Notes: generated by a model not told the origin, from the letters alone. A stretch of 62,064 bases of DNA, filler included, from Dimargaris cristalligena (GCA_003614675.1; 18 parts of 18 records of this genome joined end to end with filler, not necessarily neighbours in it), one strand, 5' to 3'. Positions 1 through 11,828 are shown, counted from the first letter of the whole stretch. Numbers and translations are program-made.

Positions 1-52
1 CCAGAAACCTCTTGACAAGGAGGACAGCTCAGCGAGACTCTGGATCATGACA
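1..52 (-). repeat. LTR family A fragment (5' end of the LTR on the minus strand, cut by the contig start)
   Basis: 1-52 closely matches 1693-1744 (CCAGAAACCTC...CTCTGGATCATGACA vs CTAGAAACCTC...CTCTGGATCATTACA). Confidence 0.75.
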
Positions 53-1160
53 GATGATTATTTTGGCGACCAGGAGGCAAGATTCATGTTTTCAGCGATG
101 GGCTTGTCGGAGGCAACTTGAGTGCTTGGAGAAGGATCCGAGTTGGAGATGCAATGAGAGAGCGATGGGAAAGGAAAATAGGGGAGGGTGAGAGAGACGC
201 CGCATCTCCCTTCAAAAAAGGAAGTCCGCCACACAGTGCTTCCAAAGTAAATCTCTTGCAAGTGCTAGTACTCCCCGTATGCATGCTTTGGACAAAAGAT
301 CTTGACGAGAAGTCTCCCCACAAGCAAGACAGAGGCACCGAGGTCATAAGGGGGAGCAGAGAGGTATGAGAGAATCCGATCCATGCAATGCCGCAGCCAA
401 ATAAATTCGCAGACCACCAACACCCCGCTCAAGGCAAAACATGACATCCCCAGGTGTGTTTCCGCAAGCTGGGGGGGTAGTGCGATTTTAGGGGGTCAGT
501 GGCCAAAGAATGGGAGCGGCAAACCAGATGGCTTGCTTGAGAGACGTTAGAGATAATCCAAAGAATAAATTGTGGAGCCAGAGGTGGTGGTCGGGAACAG
601 AGGCCAACAAAATTGTTGAGACAGAGGGAGTTGTGAGGCATTCCAATGTGTGTGTGACGTTTTGAGGGAGGGGTGAGGAAAGGGGGGGAAAGGAAGCCAT
701 GACAGAATTTCTGCCTCAGAACCTTCTTTGCTCCTTTGGCTGTTCAACCTCAAAATCAAACCTGGCTTTTACGGATATTCCCCAATATTTGGAAAGCCAG
801 AGGGAGGAGAGAGTCAACAATGGAGCAGACATCTATTGCAAGGGTCCAGTACCAAGAAGTGAGGAGGAGAGTTTGCAAATGGAAGGGAATGGAACAGGGT
901 TCGGAAAAGCTGTGTTCAGAATTTGTTTACTTAGCCGCGCCCAACTTGTTCCCCAAACTATGCCCAACTGAAGGTTCTCATAACGAGACCCAAAGGAGGC
1001 TTCTCATGCCCGGATACTCCCCAAGGAACAAATTCCCGAAGGTCTGAACGGAACAATGAGTGGTTGCGAAGTGCTAGCAATAAGCCTGTGAGGTATTGGG
1101 GGGCCTCTGCGAGGCACGGTGCACAGCAGCTGTGCCTCAAGTTCACACCATCCAACAATC

Positions 1161-1744
1161 TGTCAGGAGCAGCAGGCTTGATGTTGGAGTCTTGAGGGTG
1201 TGAACTTGATGGCTGGACTTGAAGAGCGAGTTGCCTAGGTGCAAGCGACAGGAGGCAGGGAGAGAAGAGGAGGAGAAGGGGTCTAGACTGGGAAGGAGCT
1301 TGAAGGCAGGACTGGATTGTATTGCCCAGGACTGGTGTTGATCAGGATGGTTTACAATGGGAGGGATACATGGGTATTGCCCAGGACTGGTGTTGATCAG
1401 GATGGTTTACAATGGGAGGGATACATGGGTCTATTTATAGGGGAAGGTTGGGTATGCTGGGTGTGGGGCAGTGCTAAGGGAACAGAGGGGACGCTTCAGG
1501 AATATTGAGGAACACGTCAAGAAGGTATCCAAATCATGGAGAGCGATCTAGACGTTTCCTGAGTCCTCAAGACGCGTCTGGGAACTCTGGACATGGGCAT
1601 CACCAGCCTCAAGATTTCCACAGAGATATGCACCAACTGCAAACCCTCATATCTCCACCAATAATGATCCAAATCCCACAAATGAAAATGTTCTAGAAAC
1701 CTCCTGACAAGAAGGACAGCTCAGAAAGACTCTGGATCATTACA
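1161..1744 (-). mobile_element. Complete LTR, family A (Ty3/Gypsy chromovirus), 584 bp
   Basis: TG...CA termini. TATAAATA on the minus strand at 1439-1432. Its sense end CCTGACA recurs at 2295-2301, just before a gag. Confidence 0.75.
1319..1428. repeat. Exact 55-bp tandem duplication inside LTR A
   Basis: GTATTGCCCAGG...GGATACATGG occurs at 1319-1373 and 1374-1428. Confidence 0.95.
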
Positions 1745-2004
1745 AGGGCGGCCACATCGCGCGATGCGGTAGGCTTCGACTCCAATGACTACAAGGAGGG
1801 AGAGATATCACTCTACAGTGACGCTCTGGCCAAGGCCCTTCGCATCACCCAACACCTTCCTCTCGCCAGCCTGATGGTCCTGGACCCAGGAGTCGTGAAT
1901 GGGGATGGGATTTAGGCATTGGGCCATCGAGGTCATGATCCAGAGCCAAGACCCACAGTCCTGAGCCACCGTGCGGGACATGAGCCAGAGCCACGGTACA
2001 GGTC

Positions 2005-2290
2005 ATGACCCGGAGCTGCAGGAGATTCCATGTTCCAGAGCCAAGACACTTGGATACAGACTTCAAGCAACTCGGGCCGTTCCCCATAGCAGCCTCAATC
2101 AATCCTGTCACGTTCCCCCTCGTACTACCGGAAACTATGCACATTCACCTGGTATTTCACGTCACCCTCCTGGAACCATATCTCCCTTCAACCATCCCGG
2201 GTCGTACTCCGCAACCGCTGCCACCTGTCGAGATTGACAAAGAATCCAAGGAGAACGTCAGGGAAATCTTTGACTCCAAGATACTGCCGC
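2005..2290 (+). pseudogene. Gypsy integrase C-terminus (GPY/F motif and start of chromodomain), degenerate
   Basis: KQLGPFPI...INPVTF...IHLVFHVTLLEPY...PPVEID..E.VREIFDSK. Confidence 0.85.
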
Positions 2291-2347
2291 ATGACCTGAC
2301 AGTTTGATCGGGATCTCCACCTGCCTACCTGCAAGCCATCTACCAAC

Positions 2348-3381
2348 ATGACCACAAGCCTAGAACATGTCCACGCCATGCTACGACACCTTCAACAAGA
2401 GAACCAGTCTCTCCGGGAGGCTGTCACCCATGTCCACCAAACACCATCAACACTAGCCCTATCTCAAGAACCCCAAATCAGCCTCCGCGACAAGTTTGAT
2501 GGTACCTGATGGAAGTTTCGCGGCTTCATCAACCATGTGCGACTCGTCCACCGTCTTCAGCCTCTTTGCTACCCCAGCGGATCAGCCCAAGTCCTACTAG
2601 TCGGCACCCTGCTTGCTGGCACAGCCCTGGCTTCGTTCGCACCACTTCTCGAAACGAAGTCCCCACTACTCGACGATTTTGACGCTTTTCTTCAAGAATT
2701 CTCGGCAACGTTTGGCAATGCTGACAAGGAGCGAACCACCGCCACCAAGCTATGGATGGGCACTCCGCCAGGGTTCATCACCAGCGTCCACCTATGGCTA
2801 CGAGTTCCGCCAGCTTGCCTGTGATGTTCCCTGGGGAGATGCTGCCCTCATCGACAAGTTTTGCTTTGGCCTACGAGGTGATGTCAAGGATCTGCTGCTG
2901 ATAATGCCAGATCCTGCCACTCTCTCGGAAGCCATACCCCAAGCGGTTCGCTGTGACAACTGCCTCTACGAGCGACGCCAAGAGAAATGCATCCAACCCA
3001 ACCACTGCCACCAGCCACAAACGATTGGAAGTTACCACCCAGCACCCATTAAGGAGGATCCGATGCAAATCGAAGCCACGAACTTCAAGAGACTCATGGA
3101 ACATGAAATGTAACAATGTCATCAAGAAAACCTCTGCCACTACTGTGGCGGCCTGGGCCGCCTTTGGCGTCAATGCCCTGCCAAAGTGCCCTACCAAGCC
3201 CATCATGTTACGACCCCAAGCTCTGCAAACCCGCAGACAACAGCCCAGCAACGACTACGTCAAGCCACAATAGGGGCCGTGTTCCTGGAAAAACCATCGA
3301 CCCCAGCAAACACGTATCCCTCCTCCGCCCTGACCCATGCCCTGCCTTCCAACTACCTGTGCTCCTCCACCATTCCGAGGC
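2348..3381 (+). pseudogene. Chromovirus (Tf1/sushi, PEG10-like) gag and start of pol, disrupted
   Basis: ATG at 2348. EPQISLRDKFDGT*..FRGFINHVRL, YEFRQLA..V.WGDAAL..F..GL..DVKD, DPMQIE and a CCHC knuckle remnant. Contains stops and frameshifts. Confidence 0.88.
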
Positions 3382-3481
3382 NNNNNNNNNNNNNNNNNNN
3401 NNNNNNNNNNNNNNNNNNNNNNNNNTTAATTAATTAANNNNNNNNNNNNNNNNNNNNNNNNNNNNNNNNNNNNNNNNNNNN
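3382..3481. other. Artificial contig linker (N44-TTAATTAATTAA-N44). 17 in total; the others start at 6858, 10331, 13801, 17270, 20734, 24197, 27656, 31113, 34567, 38019, 41470, 44910, 48344, 51778, 55209 and 58638
   Basis: Identical six-frame-stop spacer between contigs of monotonically decreasing length. Confidence 0.99.
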
Positions 3482-3634
3482 ATACTTCCGCTAAGTGCGA
3501 AAAATAGATAAAAAATAAAAGTAGGTAAAAAATGTGGTAAGTTCACCACAAATTTTATCATCACCTTTCCCTTCTTATTATCTATTTTTTCAAATAAAGT
3601 TCAGTTTTCAAGGATTTAATTTCAGTTCTTTACA
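3482..3634. repeat. Nested LTR ends: family C (3482-3550, minus) abutting the family B 3' end (3551-3634, plus)
   Basis: 3482-3550 matches 31251-31319 and the reverse complement of 61675 onward (TGTGGTGAAC...). 3551-3634 matches 51887-51966 and the reverse complements at 17208-17269 and 48283-48343 (...CAGTTCTTTACA). Confidence 0.8.
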
Positions 3635-4254
3635 ACTGGCAAATCAGTTATGAGTGTAATATATAATATCAACTACCAGCAATCAACTATGCCATGTTGA
3701 ACAGAGCTATAAATTAGTTCAAATACTCCTTAGGGTGAAGGTGGCTGTGGCAGTGCAGGCCAATCATTTCCCCAAATGCAGACCCCTAATAGAATGAGTG
3801 GAGGGGGTATTGATTTGCCATTAAGGCTATCCATAGCAAGCCATTTTTCATTAGGCAAGATTTGTCATAAAATGTTTTAGACCCATACTTTTCTACTATT
3901 ATTATCATTATCATTATTACCCCAACTTTAATACCTCACTTTCTAACACTGTATTGAAATATGAAATAGCCATTACCATCCCTAGCCATCCTATTCAGCA
4001 CCCTGTTGGGTAGTGCCAAGCCAAAGAATTGGTCCTCCTATCTTTCCCATATATTTAATCAAATACTTTCTTAATCTTTCAACACAAGACTAACTAGGCC
4101 ATGCTAAGGGAGCCATGTTTGGAAAAGCATTGGGAGATAGGAACTGTGCAAGGCATATGGCCTGTCATGGCATGAATAAACCAACCACTGCTGCTGCCTG
4201 GCAAATGGGCTGCTCAAAAGTTGACAATGGTGAATTTGTTAAAAAATATGTCCT

Positions 4255-4435
4255 GATGGGTCTTTTATCATATCCTGTTTCTACCAACTACATTAGTTTA
4301 TTTATTTAGCCTGACTACTCTCACTTTAACCACTTATAAATCACACTACTGATTATAATATTCAATAAAACTAACTGCCTAGAGGTGTCTACCATCCTCT
4401 AACTGCTTTCTTCCTTTATTTTCAGTTTTATTGTT
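4255..4435 (+). repeat. Degenerate Copia-type LTR fragment
   Basis: AATAAAACTAACTGCCTAGAGGTGTCTACCATCCTCTAACTGCTTTCTTCC resembles 46928-46980 and 37451-37502. Confidence 0.6.
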
Positions 4436-6051
4436 TTGTCTTTATATCGCAGAAGATTCTTTCTGGTTCTTCTGTTTCAATTCCTGGGAAGCTCTCTAAT
4501 GGCATCTTCTCTGACAAACACTCCCTTTTCTGGATATTTCTATGTGCTTAGGGATCTAGATTGATGGCACTCTCATATGTTCTTTTGAAAATTCAAGGCC
4601 AAGATACCTCCCACAGCTGACATTATTAGAAAACAAATATGTGTGAACTACTAGGGTATTGGATTGACCTCGTACCACATAACCCACAATGGTTATCACT
4701 ATTGTAAGTCACATTGGACTGTCAGTTCGTAGAATATTGGATGTTTATCATTCGAACCATCTAACAGCCTGCAAAATTCCCACTATGTATCCTAAACTAA
4801 GCCACGTATTGCTTTACTTACGTCCTTCAAAGTTATATAATCTACCCCATCTTGGTGGTTGTGTATTACTTATATTCCATTATATTGCTACTTTCGCATT
4901 GGTGTGTTGTAATCCCAAGGAACTAGTATTATTAGCTGACTTTGAAATCCACTGCCCAATATTTTCATAACAGGCGTACTGATATATACACCAATTTACC
5001 ATGTGCACCTACACTTGACACCTTGCTAGTGTTTATTTGGTATTCTCGGCTTTACCAGGTATGCTGTTCTCCCAGCCGATACAACTAATAAGCTGGATAC
5101 TACTTTGCAGATCTGCAATCAATTGGATTAGTACCACTCCAGTCTAGTAGGTAAGAATGTCCTAGTTGGTGTAACAAAGAAAGTGGGCTTGGGATGTAAA
5201 AGGCCATTTAAAAAAGCTACGAAGGCCTCCGCAGGCATGGTTGGGATTATATGGAAGAATTTCAGTCCCGTCATATACCGAATATCAGTTGGATATGACC
5301 GATTTCACTCGTCAGAAATTTTATTATCACTTGCTTTACAATTTTTTATTATTTTCAAAAGCAAATACAATTAGATTGAACTTCGCCCACGCCTTGTACA
5401 ATTGTTTAAAGGCATAATGCGTCTTTGTTCTCAAAGCCATGGGTCTAACTTGGCAACTCCAACAAAAATGGCACAATCAGTGATATGAAATATGGCTAGA
5501 TAGACCATTCCCTGTTTAGATCCATCACGTAACTCATACTTTCTGTATCGTCATAGTATTATAGTTTGCCTGTTGGACTACTCGGTCAAGAATATAACCG
5601 TTTTAATCTTACATACACAGATCTTTTTTTTTGTCAACGATTAGACGATATATAAAAGATGTATATGTGCATTGCAGTACCAATACGCCATGAACATGTC
5701 TGATTTCATCAACTATAATATAGCCGGCTAGTAGTCAGTAAGTTAGTGTCTCCCTACACACCACACTTCTAATTAGTTTTACTTGTTAATTTTTCAACAA
5801 TCTGACGTGTTCACATGGCGGATTGCCTACCCACTTCGCACAGTCCGCATACCCCATGATAAATTACGGCAGGAAGAAAGCTTATTATTGAAAAAGTCCG
5901 AATCTGGTTGTACCCTTTCTTAAGCTGAAAAAATCCATGCATTTATCGCAGACATCAGTGCCCCCTGACTGAATGCTCCCATTTGAAAGTCAAGGTGCCA
6001 TAATTTTTATGGTGGTGGTGTGGCCAGCCACCAGATGACAACATTCGAGTT

Positions 6052-6857
6052 TTGCAAGTGGTTAATGAAGTCGGCTCTATTGAGGAGAACCAGATCATTG
6101 AGATGCCTATTATTGTCCGAGATGTCCAAACTTTTGGCTTCTTGGATACTGGTGCCTCAAAGTCTGTTATTCTTGAGGCCTTCTGCCATGAACATTGCAT
6201 CCCAGTTACACCTGCGACTGGTGTTATCCAGGGTTTCACTATGGCCATGACTCAACCCCGAATTGGTATTACAGACCCCATTGAGGTTAAGTGTGGCTCA
6301 CACACTGCCAGTATTTCATTCGAAGTTCTCCAGGACTTTGAAGGATCTCCCATTATTATTGGGAGAGATAGCTTTCAACACTTAGGGATCAACATCACCG
6401 GTCTTCCCCACACTTATCCAGCAGCACACCCTCAGATTTTGGATGAGGTAACCCCACTTGTTTCCCCCAATGAACTCCAGACCCGGTCATTTGATGATGA
6501 GCACATTGACTACATGAGAGCCAAGGAATCCATCCTAGCTAACCTGCAAGAACTCCTTGATGAGAACAAGGCTATCAGCCCTCATGAGCCCTGTCCGATT
6601 CCCGAGGCCGAGATTAGTCTTCCCACACCACCAGGACAAGCAACATACAGACATCAGTATCCGATTCCACACAAGCTCCAGCCCGAGGTAAACAAGCTGA
6701 TTGACCAGTGGCTCACTGACGGTATCATTGGGATTGCACCAGTCGACTGTGCATTCAACACTCCCATGTTCATCATCCCCAAAAAGGATGCCCAAGGAAA
6801 TCTCACCGACATCCGACCATGCCATGACTACCGGCCACTGAACCAGATGCACTGGGC
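6052..6857 (+). mobile_element. Ty3/Gypsy pol fragment (aspartic protease and RT N-terminus), truncated
   Basis: FLDTGAS protease motif, IIIGRD, YRHQYPIP, FNTPMFIIPKKD...RPCHDYRPLN. Confidence 0.9.
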
Positions 6858-6957
6858 NNNNNNNNNNNNNNNNNNNNNNNNNNNNNNNNNNNNNNNNNNN
6901 NTTAATTAATTAANNNNNNNNNNNNNNNNNNNNNNNNNNNNNNNNNNNNNNNNNNNN

Positions 6958-9900
6958 TTCCTCGTCAGTACCCTGAAAGACCCAAGCTCGTATATGGTGC
7001 AGGAGTCTTTTGTCATTTCTGGGGACTTGGACGTGGATCGCCTCCAGAAAACCTGGCACCGGCTGGCCGAGCAATATGATATCCTGCGAACTAAGTTCTT
7101 CCAGCCCAGGTCCCTGACAGACAACCCCTTCCTCCAGGTTATTACGAAGCGGTGTGATATTGAATGGTCAGTCAATCCGAATTTGGATGACGATTGGTCC
7201 ACGCTGGAAAAAACCTACTTTGCAACCGACCGTCAGCGGGGTTTTACTTTTGACGGGCCGCTATTGCGGATAGCCCTCTTCACCTCGCCAGCCACTGGCC
7301 ATCCCCGGCATATATGCTTTTTTACCTTCCACCACGCCCTACTCGATGCCTGGTCCCAAAATATTGTTTTGGCGCAACTGGTTGATTTATACCATGACAT
7401 TAAGCCAACGCCCTCCACCCAATTCAGCAGCTACATTTCCCACCTCCAAAGCATCGACCAATCCCAATATCAACAGTTTTGGCAAACTACTCTGAAAAGT
7501 GTCCCACCCACCCCTCCCATTCACTTTCCCATCCACGCTACTGAGTCCCCAGTGTGCAATTATGGGATACACCACACCACACTGTCGATCAATTTGGCAA
7601 GCCTACACACGTTCTGTCGCCAGCAAAGCATTACCCTCAATTCCCTCTTGCGCGGTGTCTGGGCCCTTACTCTGTCCCGTTACTTGGGCATGTCCAATGA
7701 CGTCTCCTTCGGAGTGCTCACCTCTGGCCGCAATGTTCCCGTACCGGGTATCCAGAATATGGTGGGAATGTGTATTAATACTCTGCCATTCCAGGTGTCG
7801 TTGGACCTATCAACCTCCGTTACTAATTTCGTTCAAAGCTTGCATCGCCAATCTGGTGAGCTGACGGCGTCTGAGCAGTGTGGTCTCCATGACATCTACA
7901 AGTGGGGCCAAGTCGACCTCGAAACCAAATTGTTTGATACCCTCCTTATGTACGATAATTTCCCATCATTTACACCCAATGTGTCTAACCCTAAGATTAC
8001 CTTCGACCCTCGCCATGGGCAGAATTTCACCGAATACGCCTACACTGTTAGTTTTTTCGACAATATGGATAATTTAGACTGCCATGTGGTTTATGATACG
8101 ACCCACTGCGACGAAGCCTACGCTTGTTATCTGATCCGGTTTATCGACCATTGCCTGTCCACGATGGTAAATGAACCATGCTTGAGCCTGGGTAAGCTCA
8201 TGACCCTACCAATTGATGAGGCCCAGCTCATCGAGAAGTGGTCCCAAGGGCCCATGCGTGAGTTCCCTCAGCGACATTGGTTGGCCTATCAGCTGTTCAG
8301 CCAGCACATCTCCTCCAGACCTGGCTCCATTGCCCTCGAAACCAAGAGCCAACAATTTACCTACGCCGAGGTGTACCATCGATCGAGCTGCATTGCCCTG
8401 ACCCTTAAACAACGCGGACTCAGGCCCGGTAACCTAGTAGCTCTAATATTCACCAAGTCGGCTGATTATATATTCAGCTACCTAGGGGTCCTTTTGGCCG
8501 GTGGGGTGTGTGTCTCAATGGAAGTAACCAATGCTGTTGACCGTCTACAATACACCTTTGGGTTGTTGGACGATCCCTGGCTCCTATCTACCGTTAGCCA
8601 TTTTGAGTATTTTCGGAACTACATAAGTGTGGCAGAAGATCGGTGCCTCCTTGTCGATACCATTGACCATCGCGGTATCAACACTCATATGTTTCGACCC
8701 GACACCTCTCGCTCTTCCTTTGATTTGGCCTATATTGTGTTCACATCAGGAACCACCGGCCGACCCAAGGGCATTCCCGTGCGACATGAGTCGTTAGTCA
8801 ACCTTGCCATTACTGGCTGTGAGACTGCTCAGCTAGGCTCCGATTGCCGCTTTTTACAGCTACTGAATATTGCCTTCGATGGGTGTCTTCTGGAAATATT
8901 TGGTGCCTTCCACTGTGGTGGTACGTTAGTACTCCAGGACGGGAATCTCCATGACTTACTAGCTCTGGTCGACACGTGCATCCTTATTCCATCAATGCTA
9001 TCGGCCATTGATATCGAGTCCTATCCCAACCTGCAAACAGTTTTCGTTGGCGGTGAACCAGTTCCACTGAATGTCGCCCAACGGTGGTGTGATCGTGTTA
9101 AATTATTCAATGTTTATGGACCAACTGAAATTACAATCGTGTGCCACACAGGCCGAATTCATAGCGGTGAGCCGCTCTCTATCGGTCGCCCTTTAGCCAA
9201 CATCCAAGGGTACATCCTTGATGACCAGCTCCAGTCCGTTCCAGTAGGTGTCCCCGGTGAACTCTGTATTGGCGGTATTGGGGTCAGTTCGGGTTACTGG
9301 AAACAGGCTGAACTCACGGCTAAATCATTTGTTCCTAATCCATTCGGATCAGGTTGCCTGTATCGAACCGGCGATCTGGCCTGCTGGCTATCTAGCGGAA
9401 AAGTCCAGTTCATTTCGCGGAAAGACTTCCAGGTGAAACTACACGGCTATCGTATTGAACTGGGTGAAATCGAAAATACCGCCCTGTCAGTGAAGGGTGT
9501 GGCCAATGCCGTAGCATGTGTCAGCCAGCAGCAGCTTGTTCTCTACATATCTCCTAATTCGGTTGACACAGGGGCCCTCAGGTCTCAGCTTGTAGCCAAA
9601 CTCCCGCAGTACATGGTACCTAATTTCATTTTTCTAATGGATGGAATTCCAATGACCTCCGTGGGTAAGGCTGATCGCAAGGTACTTCAGGCTCGACCAC
9701 TACCAGTAGACACTGCGGACGAAGCCGTTGCTATAAAATCCTTATCCTCGACATTTCAGCTTATGCGAAAGGCCTTGGCCGACACCCTCAAGATTGATCC
9801 TCAGCGAGTAGCGCCATCGGCTTCGTTCCTGAAACTAGGCGGCGACTCAATTTCCGCTATTCAGTTCTCTAACCGCTGTAAGCGTTTGGGGCTCGATATT

Positions 9901-10290
9901 CCGGTAGCTGATGTCCTCAAACACCCCCAGATATCGATAATGGAGCAATACGCTCATTTGGTAGATTCGGAAATACTAGTACCGATTCAGTACCTTGACC
10001 CGACCGGTCCAGTCCCACTGACAGCTGTTCAGCGCTTTGCCCTAGAGGAATACCAATTTATTAATCATTTCAACCAGTCCATGCTCCTCAAATGTCAACG
10101 AACTTTGACCCGTACCACTCTGACTGACGCTCTGGTCACCCTGATGGCCCACCACGATATCCTCCGAATTCAACTTGAACTCGCCGATAACCAGTGGCAA
10201 CAACGGGTGTTGCCCATACCCATTAATTCGGCATCTTGGTTAAGCCGATTCTTGTTCATTGAAGAAGCCACACTTACCCTCGGCGAATAG
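6958..10290 (+). CDS. Non-ribosomal peptide synthetase fragment: C - A - T - start of E domain; 5'-truncated, intronless
   Basis: Open from the contig start (FLVSTLKDPSSYMVQ). C motif HHALLDAWS. A motifs YIVFTSGTTGRPKG, NVYGPTE, YRTGD, QVKLHGYRIELGEIE. T motif LGGDSI. E-type start PLTAVQ...HFNQS...HHDILR. Confidence 0.95.
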   Translation, partial: FLVSTLKDPSSYMVQESFVISGDLDVDRLQKTWHRLAEQYDILRTKFFQPRSLTDNPFLQVITKRCDIEWSVNPNLDDDWSTLEKTYFATDRQRGFTFDGPLLRIALFTSPATGHPRHICFFTFHHALLDAWSQNIVLAQLVDLYHDIKPTPSTQFSSYISHLQSIDQSQYQQFWQTTLKSVPPTPPIHFPIHATESPVCNYGIHHTTLSINLASLHTFCRQQSITLNSLLRGVWALTLSRYLGMSNDVSFGVLTSGRNVPVPGIQNMVGMCINTLPFQVSLDLSTSVTNFVQSLHRQSGELTASEQCGLHDIYKWGQVDLETKLFDTLLMYDNFPSFTPNVSNPKITFDPRHGQNFTEYAYTVSFFDNMDNLDCHVVYDTTHCDEAYACYLIRFIDHCLSTMVNEPCLSLGKLMTLPIDEAQLIEKWSQGPMREFPQRHWLAYQLFSQHISSRPGSIALETKSQQFTYAEVYHRSSCIALTLKQRGLRPGNLVALIFTKSADYIFSYLGVLLAGGVCVSMEVTNAVDRLQYTFGLLDDPWLLSTVSHFEYFRNYISVAEDRCLLVDTIDHRGINTHMFRPDTSRSSFDLAYIVFTSGTTGRPKGIPVRHESLVNLAITGCETAQLGSDCRFLQLLNIAFDGCLLEIFGAFHCGGTLVLQDGNLHDLLALVDTCILIPSMLSAIDIESYPNLQTVFVGGEPVPLNVAQRWCDRVKLFNVYGPTEITIVCHTGRIHSGEPLSIGRPLANIQGYILDDQLQSVPVGVPGELCIGGIGVSSGYWKQAELTAKSFVPNPFGSGCLYRTGDLACWLSSGKVQFISRKDFQVKLHGYRIELGEIENTALSVKGVANAVACVSQQQLVLYISPNSVDTGALRSQLVAKLPQYMVPNFIFLMDGIPMTSVGKADRKVLQARPLPVDTADEAVAIKSLSSTFQLMRKALADTLKIDPQRVAPSASFLKLGGDSISAIQFSNRCKRLGLDIPVADVLKHPQISIMEQYAHLVDSEILVPIQYLDPTGPVPLTAVQRFALEEYQFINHFNQSMLLKCQRTLTRTTLTDALVTLMAHHDILRIQLELADNQWQQRVLPIPINSASWLSRFLFIEEATLTLGE

Positions 10291-10430
10291 GGCGTCAGAC
10301 AGAGCAAGGCCAAGTGATGCTCGCTGAAATNNNNNNNNNNNNNNNNNNNNNNNNNNNNNNNNNNNNNNNNNNNNTTAATTAATTAANNNNNNNNNNNNNN
10401 NNNNNNNNNNNNNNNNNNNNNNNNNNNNNN

Positions 10431-10517
10431 ATTACTGGTTAAAAGCTATTCTCACATATATTCGCCCATACACATATTATGTAGAACCTTATACAACTGG
10501 TTTGAATTTCACCCATA
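10431..10517 (+). mobile_element. MITE family M, right half
   Basis: Matches 20923-21009 and ends ...GAATTTCACCCATA followed by a (TA)n run. Confidence 0.85.
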
Positions 10518-11828
10518 TATATATATATAATTTAAAAAAACGATCGGTGAATAAATTAGGGGATTCTTGGCTTGTTCCTTCAGATAAAATCTGCCCATTC
10601 CCAAGTCCATCGGGGCTGGTGGAGTTAAAGGAGCGAATGGTATGAGCGAATTTATTAAGGAAGGTATTTAAAGTACGGAGCTAGTGAAAGCGATGTAGGC
10701 GCTAGTAAACTAAAGAATCAGAGTGCATAACTGATATATTTTTACATGACCTATAACTGGCAACCGATAGACCTATTGAGGGGCCGAACCTTCGGGAATA
10801 ATGTTTATAATAGTAAGCTATTTTAGCACCCGTGGGGTGGTTGTCGTTAGCAAGGAGTCCCTGGTCGGGTCGAGGGTGGCTGAGATACGCCCTAGTTTGC
10901 TGATGTTGTGACCGGGGCTATAATCCCGGTTATTCCGACGGACTCCAAGGGAGCCAGACTGCTTTGGTAACTAGAGTCGGGCCCTGCCGTGACTGCGGAT
11001 ATAACGCAATAACCCTGGCAGAACGATGGGGCGATACTTTGCTTGATATGCCTGGTTGACAGGGATACTATTTGTTAATAACTGGTATTTCCAAGAGGCC
11101 AGAGACCTGTAGTTGCTTTCGGTCCCCGGTCACACCACCCTCAGGCAAGGATACTGTCACATTGGTATCGGCGGTGCTAACTCCAGCCACAGGATTAGAG
11201 GCAGCAGTAGTAATTGTATTGAACCAGTGAATAATTTGTAAGGCTGGAAGGAAAATGCTCACGGCGATCTGTGAGGCTTTAATGGCATTTTAACCGTACT
11301 GCCCAACAGCCGAATTTCATTTATTTAATTAGGGGGTTGTCTAGCTGCATAGCGGCCCAATATATCACGGCAAATACCATACAACCATTGATAATGGTAC
11401 CCTTCACAGACTACCAGAAATAAAAGGAGAAGAGCATGAACACCAGCTAAGTAGTATAGACGCTTGTTTTAATTTTGATGTGCGGGTTGAGCGGTTTTTT
11501 ATTTGCTGGTCGACTAGCTATAAAAAAATACATATGAATATCAGCCATATATTCAAGAGTGATGGGTGGGAGTGAGGGCGGGAGGAAGGGGTAGTCAAAA
11601 ATAATAAACGGAGAAATTCCAAATGGAGATTGGGTGATAACAGAATTGAAGGTGAATTTTACCACGTAAAAAATATATTAAAAAAAGGCAAAGTCAGTGG
11701 GGTTAGAAAATAAACTAATTACAATCTGTTGCACATTCCCCTTTCATTAGTTGGGATTCGAGGGGACGGAGAGGGATACTACTATACTAGCCCTCCTAAT
11801 AGAGGACCTAGTGAACGGCAGGGGTAGT

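Noticed and set aside
1319-1428. CRISPR-like repeat
   Set aside because: Two abutting copies with no spacer: a simple tandem duplication inside an LTR.
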